A stretch of DNA of 64,000 nt from Candidatus Omnitrophota bacterium (GCA_030632085.1 DAOVJY010000001.1:207402-271401), one strand, 5' to 3'. Shown: positions 38,477-47,687, counted from the first letter of the stretch. Notes: generated from the letters alone by a model not told the origin. Program-made: numbers and translations.

Positions 38477-40597
38477 TTAATCCTCCAATGATTGTGAACC
38501 TAACTTAGGTGAATGATAAGATTTTACCCATTCTATCGGAATATCAGGAAAAGCCTTAGGTGTAAATACTATCCAGATAGTTTCGCCTTCTTTAATATTC
38601 CAGATAAGTTCGGCTGTCCAGCAATGCAAATCTCGTTTAAATGAATACTCCTGTTCAACCAACTCATTTTTCTGAAAATCATATCGCTCATAAAACCCTA
38701 ACGTCCATTTAGGTGTTAGGCTATAAGTTGTATCAATAATACCTTCATGGTATTGCGTAGATTTAGTATATCTGGAACTTATACTAACTGCCCATTTGCT
38801 TTTAGTTATTTTCGTCCTCGCGTTAAAGACATCAAATTCATTGCGGTAAGGATCATAATTAGCATCAAATATAATTTCAAACCATCTCTTAGGATGCACT
38901 TCAAGCCTATTGTTTATATAAGACCACTGATGTCCTTCAATCTGAGGTGTAAAATCTACGCTATTTCTAAAAACAAGCAAATCAACTCTTTCCTTATCAT
39001 AAGTGCCCTCAGTATACCATTTAGTCTGAAGTTTATTATCAAGGGCAAAGGTGTAATATTTAGCTCTATCTATACCATCCAAACCGTCAAACTGTTCAAC
39101 CTTACTTGCCTCTGAAGTCGGTTTATGCCTGTAGGTATAAGTTATTGAAGGTGAAATTAAATGCCTAAGCTTATTAACCTCAACTCCTAAATAGGTATCC
39201 TCAATATCAAACATCCTGAAAATCTTAGTCGTCAGACTATAACCCGAATACCAACAACTTTTGGTGAAGTCTCTATCGTTACCCGACTTATCTTTAGTAT
39301 AAAATGTCTCTATCCTACCTATGTGCGGAGTGAACTCCAACCAGTCAAGATAACCAAAAAGACGCGTAGGATAACCTAATTTATTATCAGTATAGAATCT
39401 TATTGAATCATGATCCAGACCCGTTTTGGCTTCTTTCTTATTAAAATTATCAAATTGATACTGGGCCGTATAATAAAAACGACTTGAACCAAGCCTATAG
39501 TTATTAATGTTATATTTCAATTCCGGGAGGGTTTCAACGATAGTTCTAAAATGATTAATCCTTTTTCTAAAAAGAAAACTTAATGAATAATGCGCTTTAT
39601 TTCTAGTTATAGATAAGTATGTGGCCGGCAGAGGATCTTCAACGTACTCCCTATAAAAATAATCTTTAATAAAAGTATAATCACTGTATTTATTAATTTC
39701 AGCCATAACCTCTGTGCACGAATCCATATCCCATTTATGAACTAGGGCAATTCGATATCTGTCTTTTTCAGCAGCCAGGCTTTCTTTTATCTTTCTGTCT
39801 CTTTCCTGAGTATAGTAACCCTTAAATGTACCTTCGCCGAATTTATTAGTATTGTATTCAACATCTACACCTTCACCAAAACCGAGATTCTCGCGCCAAT
39901 CGAAACGCAGCCAACCTTTTAAGTTGTCGTTTATATTATATCTCCAGCCGGTTAAGAGGAAATTACCCCATTGCTTATCATGTCCTGGAACAATTTGAAC
40001 TTTCGGCCTGTTATCTTTTAGAGAATGCGCGTAATAAGGCATATACATAATGGGAATATTACCCACATAGAATAAAACATTCCTAGCTACAACTTTATCG
40101 TTGGGATAAATACGAAGTTTCTTTGATTCTATTCTATAATGAGGCTTCTTAAAATCGCAAGTGGTTATATATCCCTTAAGGGCAATTAGTTCTTTATCGG
40201 AAACTTTTTCTAATGTTTCAGCACCACCGAATATCTTACCGCTTTCAAAATTACCATGAATAAATGTGCCTTTTTTTGTCCGCACATTATAATATAACTT
40301 ATCAGCACTATATATCTCTTCGCCTTTATAAAGAATTACTTTCCCTGACGCATAAATATCTTCACTTTGGGTGAAATATATGACCTCCCGGGCCGTAATC
40401 CTCGTATCCATATGAGTTATAATTACGTTTCCGGTGATTCTGATTTTTTTATTGGCATCAGAATATTCAATAGTATCACCCTGGCAATCCACAGGTTGCG
40501 ACTCATCATACATAGCAGCCGCAGCTATGTCAAAAAACAACAAAATAATAACTAATCCACTTGTGAAAAAATATAAAGACTTTTTAAATAGACCCAT
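38477..40597 (-). CDS. lptD: LPS-assembly outer-membrane protein LptD (OstA)
   Basis: Signal-peptide-like N-terminus. The OstA-like N-domain has the repeat pattern GDTIEYSDANKKIRITGNVIITH...EVIYFTQSEDIYASGKV and a TTCD motif. The long C-terminal region is rich in beta-strands and aromatic residues. Confidence 0.75.
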   Translation of the reverse strand: MGLFKKSLYFFTSGLVIILLFFDIAAAAMYDESQPVDCQGDTIEYSDANKKIRITGNVIITHMDTRITAREVIYFTQSEDIYASGKVILYKGEEIYSADKLYYNVRTKKGTFIHGNFESGKIFGGAETLEKVSDKELIALKGYITTCDFKKPHYRIESKKLRIYPNDKVVARNVLFYVGNIPIMYMPYYAHSLKDNRPKVQIVPGHDKQWGNFLLTGWRYNINDNLKGWLRFDWRENLGFGEGVDVEYNTNKFGEGTFKGYYTQERDRKIKESLAAEKDRYRIALVHKWDMDSCTEVMAEINKYSDYTFIKDYFYREYVEDPLPATYLSITRNKAHYSLSFLFRKRINHFRTIVETLPELKYNINNYRLGSSRFYYTAQYQFDNFNKKEAKTGLDHDSIRFYTDNKLGYPTRLFGYLDWLEFTPHIGRIETFYTKDKSGNDRDFTKSCWYSGYSLTTKIFRMFDIEDTYLGVEVNKLRHLISPSITYTYRHKPTSEASKVEQFDGLDGIDRAKYYTFALDNKLQTKWYTEGTYDKERVDLLVFRNSVDFTPQIEGHQWSYINNRLEVHPKRWFEIIFDANYDPYRNEFDVFNARTKITKSKWAVSISSRYTKSTQYHEGIIDTTYSLTPKWTLGFYERYDFQKNELVEQEYSFKRDLHCWTAELIWNIKEGETIWIVFTPKAFPDIPIEWVKSYHSPKLGSQSLED

Positions 40598-40609
40598 TAT
40601 AAGAATACT

Positions 40610-40771
40610 TTAGTTTTGGTTTATCCTACTGCATGAATATGTCAGATTCAGAAACTTTTTTCCAATTTCTCTGGAACCCGGTGTTAGGTTTGTAGTTACA
40701 CTATCTAAGACACTCATTTCATTGGCTTTATTAATTTCCTTAATATTGACCGTATCTATGAATAATTTCAT
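40610..40771 (-). pseudogene. Transaldolase (TalC/Fsa-type) N-terminal remnant, 53 codons. It is absent from the supplied ORF track.
   Basis: The minus-strand ORF MKLFIDTVNIKEINKANEMSVLDSVTTNLTPGSREIGKKF... matches the canonical transaldolase N-terminus ([31 protein letters not shown]). It ends after 53 aa, whereas full enzymes are about 215 aa. A strong GGGAGG Shine-Dalgarno sequence lies 5 nt upstream. Confidence 0.5.
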
Positions 40772-40822
40772 CTTCCCTCCCGGAAAAACCTAAAAGCCTA
40801 TAAATACTATATCAATTTTTTT

Positions 40823-40851
40823 AATATAACACAAATAAAGGTACGATTCAA
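40823..40851 (-). promoter_or_regulatory. Candidate sigma70-type promoter upstream of the transaldolase remnant and lptD
   Basis: On the minus strand, TTGAAT, a 17-nt spacer and TATATT lie about 50 nt upstream of the GGGAGG Shine-Dalgarno sequence and ATG of the tal remnant. Confidence 0.3.
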
Positions 40852-40883
40852 CCTAAATCTATCTTAAATATATACTTATAAAA

Positions 40884-41855
40884 TTAACTTTTTTCCCCGA
40901 GATTAGCTAAAACGGATGCACCAACAATACCAGCTTCTTCACCCAATAAAGCAGGTACTACTCTAACAAAGGAGGCGGGATTTTTCATGGCGCGCAGCTT
41001 AATTGTCTTTTTAATGGAGTCAAACAAAGGTTTACCTGCCTTTGCTACACCACCACCAATTACAATTAATTCCGGATTAAACGTGTTAACTAAACCACTT
41101 AATGCAATACCTAAGAAATTACCCACTTCCTCCCAAATAAACAAGGCAGTTTTATCCTTGGCTCTGGCAGCTTGAGAAATAATCTGAGGTGTTATCTTTG
41201 AGTGTTGATTATCAGCATATTTTAGAATTAGTGATTTTTTGTTTTTCTTTACAAGCTCTCTGGCCCTTTGGCTAATAAATTTATTACCTACATAGCGCTC
41301 AATGCAAGCTGTGCCTCCGCAGTTACATTTGGGGCCTGTAATATTTATAGGGATGTGGCCTATTTCGCCTGCGGTAAAATTAGGGCCGCGATAAAGACAA
41401 CCGTTAAGCACAATACCGCCACCAACACCCGTACCCAAGGTAAGACATATAACATCTTTGAATCCTATGCCGGCTCCATACGCCAATTCACCCAGGGTAA
41501 CTACATTAACATCGTTATCAACAAAAGTACGAATACCCACTTTTTTAGTTAATATCTGCTTTAAAGATGTATTTTTCCAGCCTTGAATATTTGTTAAATT
41601 ATGAATAAAACCACGGTCAAAATCAATGAGCCCCGCTACACCAATTCCTATGCCGGCAATTTGATTTTTCTTAAGTTTGTTGTCTTTTAAAAGCTGCCTA
41701 ATTGTTTTAGATACTTCCGCAATTAATTTTGATTTTCCTTTATATTTAACGGTTTTAATTATAACTTTCTGCACAACATGATTTACATTTTTAAGAAGAG
41801 CTATTTTTACGTTTGTACCACCTAAATCAATACCAATTGTAAAATGTTTTTTCAT
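40884..41855 (-). CDS. ROK-family sugar kinase, a putative glucokinase
   Basis: N-terminal GIDLGGTNVK and the ROK zinc motif CNCGGTACIERY. Confidence 0.75.
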   Translation of the reverse strand: MKKHFTIGIDLGGTNVKIALLKNVNHVVQKVIIKTVKYKGKSKLIAEVSKTIRQLLKDNKLKKNQIAGIGIGVAGLIDFDRGFIHNLTNIQGWKNTSLKQILTKKVGIRTFVDNDVNVVTLGELAYGAGIGFKDVICLTLGTGVGGGIVLNGCLYRGPNFTAGEIGHIPINITGPKCNCGGTACIERYVGNKFISQRARELVKKNKKSLILKYADNQHSKITPQIISQAARAKDKTALFIWEEVGNFLGIALSGLVNTFNPELIVIGGGVAKAGKPLFDSIKKTIKLRAMKNPASFVRVVPALLGEEAGIVGASVLANLGEKS

Positions 41856-41858
41856 AAA

Positions 41859-43250
41859 TTATCCTATCTGTCTTTTATTGTCAAATATGCATGTATTGTT
41901 TCTGCCGGAAGCTTTGGCTTTATAGAGCGCTTGGTCAGCTTTATCTATCAAATCCAAAATCTCATTGCTATCATCGGGGCAAGTGGCAACCCCAATACTA
42001 ATAGATGCCCTGGTAAACTTTCCTTCAGCCATGAAATTCTCTCTTTCAATCTGTTCCCTTATTCTTTCGGCCACAGCATAAGCACCTTCTTTACTTGTTT
42101 CCGGAAGGGCTAAGCAGAATTCTTCCCCGCCATAGCGACATATTAAATCAATTTCTCTCGTATTATTGCGGATAATGTCAGATATTTTAATCAAAACTCC
42201 ATCTCCAACTAAATGCCCAAAGCGATCATTGAACTTTTTAAAATGATCAATATCTAGCATTAAAACTGAAATCTCAATTTTATTAGTCACTAAACGCTCC
42301 ATTTCTTTTTCAAATGAAATTAAGAAATGACGCTTTAGAAGTAAGCCGGTTAAGCCATCCGTAATAGCTAACTTTTCAACTAATTCATATAATCTGACTT
42401 TTCTCATTTCTAGGCCGAACTGACCGATAACGATCGAAAATTTTTCAAAACTCTCAAGATTCATATTCTCAACTATAACAACACTCCTAATGTATTCGTC
42501 AATATATATAGGAATAGCCAAAAGACTTTCAACTTTTAATGGCAATATTAATCCATATTCCTCCGCGTCTTTTTGAGCCTGCGGTAAAGATAAAGACAAA
42601 CTTTTCTCGTATATAATTTGAATTATTTTATAATCGTAACTTTTGGCATCTTTTATGCGTGATTCTATAGGAATATCATAGACTTCTTCCAGATGCACCT
42701 CACCCTTAATGCGATTAATATGAATAAGTCGACAATCATCAAATTCAAATGTATTCTTTAATTCAGAGCATAATATACGAAAAATATCCTCAAATCTTAA
42801 GTAAGCACTCATTCTTTTGGTAATCTCATAAAGGTTCTCAATTTCCTGCGATTGCTGACTCACTTCAGATATATGCTCTTCAGATTTATTGTTATCCTCT
42901 TTACAACAAATTATGGCTTTTTTCTTTTTCTTTATTTCATTATTGAAATTTATTTTATTTTTTGTGAATCTTTTCTTATTTTCCAAGGCAATAATAAATG
43001 TAGCTGTAAAACACAAACCCAAAAAAAGGGCCAGATAATTTTCAATCCCCAGCACAAAAATTATTACCGCGCTTATTATAGATAAAGCAAAAACAATATA
43101 ACTAAATATTTTTTTTGTAAAATAAACCGCTAAGATAAGAGGTAAAATACTCAGGCCGCTACAAATATAGACCTGATTATTCGAAGAAGATAACATTATA
43201 ACCTCCGAGAAAAAAACAAGGGATAATAAAAATATAACTATGAAATACAT
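41859..43250 (-). CDS. Membrane-anchored GGDEF diguanylate cyclase
   Basis: About 3 N-terminal transmembrane helices. The active site RYGGEEF is preceded by an RxxD I-site (REID). Confidence 0.8.
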   Translation of the reverse strand: MYFIVIFLLSLVFFSEVIMLSSSNNQVYICSGLSILPLILAVYFTKKIFSYIVFALSIISAVIIFVLGIENYLALFLGLCFTATFIIALENKKRFTKNKINFNNEIKKKKKAIICCKEDNNKSEEHISEVSQQSQEIENLYEITKRMSAYLRFEDIFRILCSELKNTFEFDDCRLIHINRIKGEVHLEEVYDIPIESRIKDAKSYDYKIIQIIYEKSLSLSLPQAQKDAEEYGLILPLKVESLLAIPIYIDEYIRSVVIVENMNLESFEKFSIVIGQFGLEMRKVRLYELVEKLAITDGLTGLLLKRHFLISFEKEMERLVTNKIEISVLMLDIDHFKKFNDRFGHLVGDGVLIKISDIIRNNTREIDLICRYGGEEFCLALPETSKEGAYAVAERIREQIERENFMAEGKFTRASISIGVATCPDDSNEILDLIDKADQALYKAKASGRNNTCIFDNKRQIG

Positions 43251-44722
43251 ACTTTGTTTCTCCCTGTGTTTTTTGCTTCATATAAGGCCTTATCTGCTTC
43301 CGCAATAAGGTAGTTGACATCTTTAATCGCATTAGTTATGGTGGCTACACCTATAGATATAGTTACATTAGTTTTCTCGCGCCTTAAATAAAATATACGT
43401 TCTTCAACCTTCCTTCTTAACTTCTCGGCTAATTCAGCAGCTTCTTTCTTTGAAATGCCGGGAAGCCCTATAGCGAATTCCTCTCCACCGTAACGAGCAA
43501 CAATTGCTTTGGAGCCAGCCATCTTTATGAAAATCCTAGCTGTTGTCTTTAAGACAATATCCCCTGCAACATGGCCATAGCTATCGTTATATTTTTTAAA
43601 ATGATCAATATCAATCATTAAAAAAGAAATTTTATTTTTAGATTCCGTCATATTTTTTATTTCTTCAGCCAGCAACTGCCTCATGTATCTTTGGACATAA
43701 CAACCTGTCAAACCATCAGTTACTGCTAGTTCTTCTGTTTTTTCATAAAGATGAGCGTTTTCCACAGCAACAGCTCCCAAGTCGGCAATAATATTCAAAA
43801 TTCTTAAATCTTCGGAATTAAAAATTTCAGCGTTCAATGCGTCTAATCGCACAACCCCAATAGCTCTATCTTCACTTATTAATGGCGTAGATATTAAAGA
43901 GCGAAATTCACGAGTTTTACTTTTAATCACTTCGTAATCAAACCTGTAGTCTTTTCTGATATCTTGAATAATTAAGGGTTGCTTTCTTTTTAAAACTCTC
44001 ATATCAAATCCATCGGCTCCTTCTATTTTAAACCTTTTAAGCTCCTGGCTTTTTCTCATAGATGTCAATATTAGATTATGTTTCTTTTCATCGATAAGAT
44101 ACAATAAACAACAGTCAGCTTTGCTAACTATAGAAAATGAATTTTTAACTACTAGATTAGCAACCTCAGCCAAAGATAAGCTGGAACTCAATTTTTCAGT
44201 AATGTCTTTAAGTATGCTAAATCTAGAGAAACTTTTCTCGAGAGCTTTTAACCGGAGTTGATTTTGTAAACGTTCATCATTTAAAAGATTGAGTTCTTCA
44301 TTGATATCCTCTAACTCAGCCTGCTGCAAACCAATAGAAGCATTGCTCTTTTTATCATAATAAAAAGCGCTTCCCATTACTAATCCAAACAAAATAAGAT
44401 GCATATTAATGATGGGACTTTTGGCAATAGTTGCTGCAAGAAGGGTAAAAATAAAAGCTATAGTCAGGCAAATTACAGAAGCAATGACGCCAAAAAATAG
44501 CCACGCAGCCAGGATAATTAAATTTAGAAAAAAGATAGTAGCATTGATAAGTCGCAGATAGTAAGTTCTCTCGATATAAATATCACCCAGAAACTTCACT
44601 AAAAGAAGTAATATAGTTAATACCGATAAGGAAACCAGAAATATATTGAAGGTATATATTTTTTTATTATTCGTCATAGGACTAAAATAAAGAAAATGCG
44701 CGTATGTGCCCAATACACGCAT
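43238..44722 (-). CDS. Membrane-anchored GAF-GGDEF diguanylate cyclase
   Basis: N-terminal transmembrane helices, a coiled-coil and a GAF-like middle domain, then RYGGEEF. No RxxD lies 5 residues upstream (the sequence there is SKAIVA). Confidence 0.8.
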   Translation of the reverse strand: MRVLGTYAHFLYFSPMTNNKKIYTFNIFLVSLSVLTILLLLVKFLGDIYIERTYYLRLINATIFFLNLIILAAWLFFGVIASVICLTIAFIFTLLAATIAKSPIINMHLILFGLVMGSAFYYDKKSNASIGLQQAELEDINEELNLLNDERLQNQLRLKALEKSFSRFSILKDITEKLSSSLSLAEVANLVVKNSFSIVSKADCCLLYLIDEKKHNLILTSMRKSQELKRFKIEGADGFDMRVLKRKQPLIIQDIRKDYRFDYEVIKSKTREFRSLISTPLISEDRAIGVVRLDALNAEIFNSEDLRILNIIADLGAVAVENAHLYEKTEELAVTDGLTGCYVQRYMRQLLAEEIKNMTESKNKISFLMIDIDHFKKYNDSYGHVAGDIVLKTTARIFIKMAGSKAIVARYGGEEFAIGLPGISKKEAAELAEKLRRKVEERIFYLRREKTNVTISIGVATITNAIKDVNYLIAEADKALYEAKNTGRNKVCIS

Positions 44723-44760
44723 CTCATTAAATACTCTTGATTACGTTATGCGCAAGGCAA

Positions 44761-45867
44761 TCATACAATAGTTACTTCAGTCTCTTTGTCAAAAAAGTGA
44801 ACCTTAGACATGTCAAAAACTAACTCCATCTTCTGATTAACATCAGGTTTTTCTTTAGCTCCAACTTTTGCGGTAATTGAGTTTTTATTACTGGTAGTTA
44901 GATATAAAATGGTTTCTGAACCCATAGGTTCAACAACTTCTACCATAGCGCTTATAGTGGTTTCCTCCGGGGCTTCCGGAATAAATAATTTATCATGTAT
45001 ATCTTCCGGTCTAATACCAAAAACAGTTTCTTTGCCTACATATTCTTTAATTTTCGGGTACATCTCTTCGTTAATTTTAACCTTGAAAGTTCCTTCATCA
45101 AGATAGTAAGCTCCGCTTTCTTTTATAAACTTACCCTCTATAAAATTCATCGGCGGACTTCCAATAAACCCAGCAACAAATTTATTGGCTGGATTATCAT
45201 ACAAATGTATGGGATCAGCTATTTGTTGAATAAAACCATCCTTTAAAACAACAATGCGAGTGCCCATAGTCATAGCTTCAACCTGATCGTGAGTTACATA
45301 AATCATAGTTGCCTGTAATCTGATATACAGCTTACTAATTTCGGCGCGCATCTGAACTCTGAGTTTAGCATCAAGGTTACTTAGAGGTTCGTCGAACAAA
45401 AAGACTAAGGGTTTTCTTACAATGGCTCTACCTACTGCAGCTCTCTGCCTCTGCCCGCCAGATAAAGCCTTGGGTTTTCTTTGGAGCAATTCCCTGATAT
45501 TTAAAATATTGGCTGCTTCATTAACTCTGGCATCTATTTCTTTTTTAGGATATTTTCTTAGTTTCAAACCAAAGGCCATATTTTCATAAACAGTCATATG
45601 TGGATATAAAGCGTAATTCTGAAAAACCATGGCAATATTTCTATCCTTGGGAGGGGCATCATTAACTAAACGTTCACCTATACGGATTTCACCTTCAGTT
45701 ACATCTTCAAGACCGGCAATCATACGCAATGTGGTTGATTTTCCGCATCCGGATGGCCCTACTAAAACTAAAAGCTCCTTATCTTCAATCACTAAATCCA
45801 TCTTCTGGACCGCCACCACACCACCTGAATAAACTTTTGAAACACCTTTCAAAGTTACCTCTGCCAT
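44761..45867 (-). CDS. ABC transporter ATP-binding protein, MalK/UgpC/MsmX-like (carbohydrate importer ATPase)
   Basis: Walker A GPSGCGKST, signature LSGGQRQR, Walker B LFDEPLSNLD, and a C-terminal MalK-like regulatory (TOBE) domain. An AAAGGAGG Shine-Dalgarno sequence is present. Confidence 0.85.
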   Translation of the reverse strand: MAEVTLKGVSKVYSGGVVAVQKMDLVIEDKELLVLVGPSGCGKSTTLRMIAGLEDVTEGEIRIGERLVNDAPPKDRNIAMVFQNYALYPHMTVYENMAFGLKLRKYPKKEIDARVNEAANILNIRELLQRKPKALSGGQRQRAAVGRAIVRKPLVFLFDEPLSNLDAKLRVQMRAEISKLYIRLQATMIYVTHDQVEAMTMGTRIVVLKDGFIQQIADPIHLYDNPANKFVAGFIGSPPMNFIEGKFIKESGAYYLDEGTFKVKINEEMYPKIKEYVGKETVFGIRPEDIHDKLFIPEAPEETTISAMVEVVEPMGSETILYLTTSNKNSITAKVGAKEKPDVNQKMELVFDMSKVHFFDKETEVTIV

Positions 45868-45897
45868 TGAAAACCTCCTTTAATTTACTCTTTAATC

Positions 45898-46752
45898 TTA
45901 AGTCTCTAAATAGCTTATCATGCTAAAAAGTGTTTCTTTTAAATCTTTCCTAGTAGCTATGATATCTAAAAAACCATGTTCAAGTAAAAATTCCGAGCTT
46001 TGAAAGCCTTCAGGTAATTTCTGTTTAATTGTCTGCTCAATTACTCTGGGTCCTGTAAAACCTATAAGCGCCTTTGGTTCCGCGATAATTACATCACCAA
46101 GAGATGCAAAACTGGCCATAATTCCGGCCATTGTCGGATTGGTAAGAACCGATATGTAAAGTAATCCTTTGCTTTGGTGCTTAGCAATAGCCGCAGAAGT
46201 CTTGGCCATCTGCATCAGAGAGAACATACCTTCGTACATTCTAGCTCCTCCGCCGGAACCCGAAAATATAATTAGGGGGACTTTTTTTTCGGTTGCTTTC
46301 TCGGTTGCTCTTGTAATTTTCTCACCCACCACAGACCCCATTGAACCCATAATGAATCTGGAGTCGGTAATAGAGAAAATTATCTTTTTATTGTTAATCT
46401 TAGCTTCACCGGTAATCACCGCTTCCTTAAGTGACGTCTGGCTTTGGGCTGTTTTTAATTTGTCTTTGTATGTTTTGGGGCCTTTAAAATTTAAAGGATC
46501 CAGAGAAACCATATCCTTATCATACTCAATAAAACTATTTTTATCGAAGAGTATTTCTATCCTTTTTTGAGGTGTTATGCGAAAATGAAAATCACATTTA
46601 GGGCAAATATCCAGATTTTCTTCCAGTGTCTTATTGTAAACAATAGCGCCACAATCTTCACATTTTGTCCACAATCCACCCGGTATCTGCTTTTTCTTAG
46701 CTTCTACCTTATTGTAATTTGGACGCCTGTTAAAAAACGACATTAAGCTCAC
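45898..46752 (-). CDS. accD: Acetyl-CoA carboxylase carboxyltransferase beta subunit
   Basis: N-terminal Cys4 zinc-ribbon CEDCGAIVY...CPKCDFHF and the carboxyltransferase motif GGGARM. Confidence 0.85.
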   Translation of the reverse strand: MSLMSFFNRRPNYNKVEAKKKQIPGGLWTKCEDCGAIVYNKTLEENLDICPKCDFHFRITPQKRIEILFDKNSFIEYDKDMVSLDPLNFKGPKTYKDKLKTAQSQTSLKEAVITGEAKINNKKIIFSITDSRFIMGSMGSVVGEKITRATEKATEKKVPLIIFSGSGGGARMYEGMFSLMQMAKTSAAIAKHQSKGLLYISVLTNPTMAGIMASFASLGDVIIAEPKALIGFTGPRVIEQTIKQKLPEGFQSSEFLLEHGFLDIIATRKDLKETLFSMISYLET

Positions 46753-46796
46753 CTTTAATGTATTTAGAGTCTTATTCTTACAATTTACGTATAAAT

Positions 46797-46825
46797 ATGG
46801 TAACAGTTTGACTTCTTGTTGTCAA
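46797..46825 (-). promoter_or_regulatory. Candidate sigma70-type promoter for accD
   Basis: On the minus strand, TTGACA, a 17-nt spacer and TACCAT lie about 45 nt upstream of the accD ATG. This was recognised by eye only. Confidence 0.3.
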
Positions 46826-47138
46826 TAGGCATTGTATATATACTAAATAACCCTAAACACACAAAAACCACCCATTAGCTTGCCGGGCACTTCTTCGCGC
46901 AATAACGCATAAAGGTTAATAACTATCGGAGAAAATACACCGCCCCGGACAAAAGCTATAAGACCCGCCTTAAAAAAGCTGTTTTCAGGTTTAATTAATT
47001 ATGAAAATAAAGTCAACAATGCCCTGCTAAACACAAAACTAATAAATATGGCTCCAGGCTTTGAGAAATGAGAAAGAGAAAGCTTTATTTTTTAAAACTT
47101 TCAGAATTGAACTCACTTAAAAGTATCCATATAAGACG

Positions 47139-47210
47139 AGCCGATGAGAGGAATCGAACCTCCAACCTAGCGCTTACGAAGCGCTTGCTCTTCCATTGAG
47201 CTACATCGGC
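47139..47210 (-). tRNA. tRNA-Thr (anticodon CGU); no CCA encoded
   Basis: It folds as a cloverleaf: acceptor GCCGATG/CATCGGC, D-stem GCTC/GAGC, anticodon stem AGCGC/GCGCT with loop TTCGTAA, and T-stem GGAGG/CCTCT with loop TTCGATT. Confidence 0.8.
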
Positions 47211-47253
47211 AAAAAAAGCTCATTTTATTTAAGCTTTTAGGCCATATAATAGA

Positions 47254-47329
47254 TGGTGCCGCGAGACGGAATTGAACCGCCGACGCCGGGATTTTCAGTC
47301 CCGCGCTCTACCAACTGAGCTATCGCGGC
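47254..47329 (-). tRNA. tRNA-Phe (anticodon GAA); CCA encoded
   Basis: GCCGCGATAGCTCAGTTGGTAGAGC...CTGAAAA...GGTTCAATTCC...TCGCGGCACCA. Confidence 0.8.
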
Positions 47330-47352
47330 ATTAACTACTTTTTGAAGATAAC

Positions 47353-47430
47353 TGGCGGGGACGACGGGATTCGAACCCGCGATCACCGGATCGACAGTCC
47401 GGGGTCTTATCCTAGCTAGACGACATCCCC
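47353..47430 (-). tRNA. tRNA-Asp (anticodon GUC); CCA encoded
   Basis: GGGGATGTCGTCTAGC...anticodon loop CTGTCGA...GGTTCGAATCCC...CCCCGCCA. Confidence 0.75.
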
Positions 47431-47432
47431 TT

Positions 47433-47453
47433 AAATTTCACGTCGTGAAATTT
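47433..47453. repeat. Perfect 10-bp inverted repeat (hairpin) immediately 5' of tRNA-Asp on the transcribed strand
   Basis: aaatttcacg-t-cgtgaaattt. Confidence 0.5.
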
Positions 47454-47597
47454 AGTTTTAAGTATTAAGCTATAAGTTTTAAGTATCTTTCTAACTGCAA
47501 ATTAATTTAATCAACATTCTCGTAAGCTTTTTGCCAAACTTTTAATTCTTCGTAATTTACAGTAATCTTATGACTTAAGACTTACAACTGCAAAGCG

Positions 47598-47673
47598 TGG
47601 TGGGCAGTATAGGGCTCGAACCTATGACCTCGTGAATGTAAGTCACGCGCTCTTCCAGCTGAGCTAACCGCCC
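47598..47673 (-). tRNA. tRNA-Val (anticodon UAC); CCA encoded
   Basis: GGGCGGTTAGCTCAGCTGGAAGAGC...CTTACAT...GGTTCGAGCCC...CTGCCCACCA. Confidence 0.8.
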
Positions 47674-47687
47674 ATATATAAACTATT

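Noticed and set aside
44690-44730. Partial inverted repeat around the start of the GAF-GGDEF gene
   Set aside because: The arms do not pair perfectly (gcgtatgtg versus acacgc). It is probably a coincidence.
2663-45926. Many 60-140-aa ORFs in the track nested inside or antisense to large genes. Examples are 2663..2947, 3742..4107, 15248..15544, 18172..18463, 30492..30917, 38747..39115, 45629..45926 and 46169..46570.
   Set aside because: All are fully contained within strongly supported CDSs, have low-complexity or AT-codon-biased translations, and lack motifs. They are treated as non-coding.
46753-47138. A 386-nt AT-rich intergenic region between accD and tRNA-Thr, considered as a possible small RNA or riboswitch
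   Set aside because: Apart from a promoter-like TTGACA-17-TACCAT, no conserved structure or terminator hairpin could be recognised by eye. Confirming or excluding this would need a covariance-model (Rfam) search.
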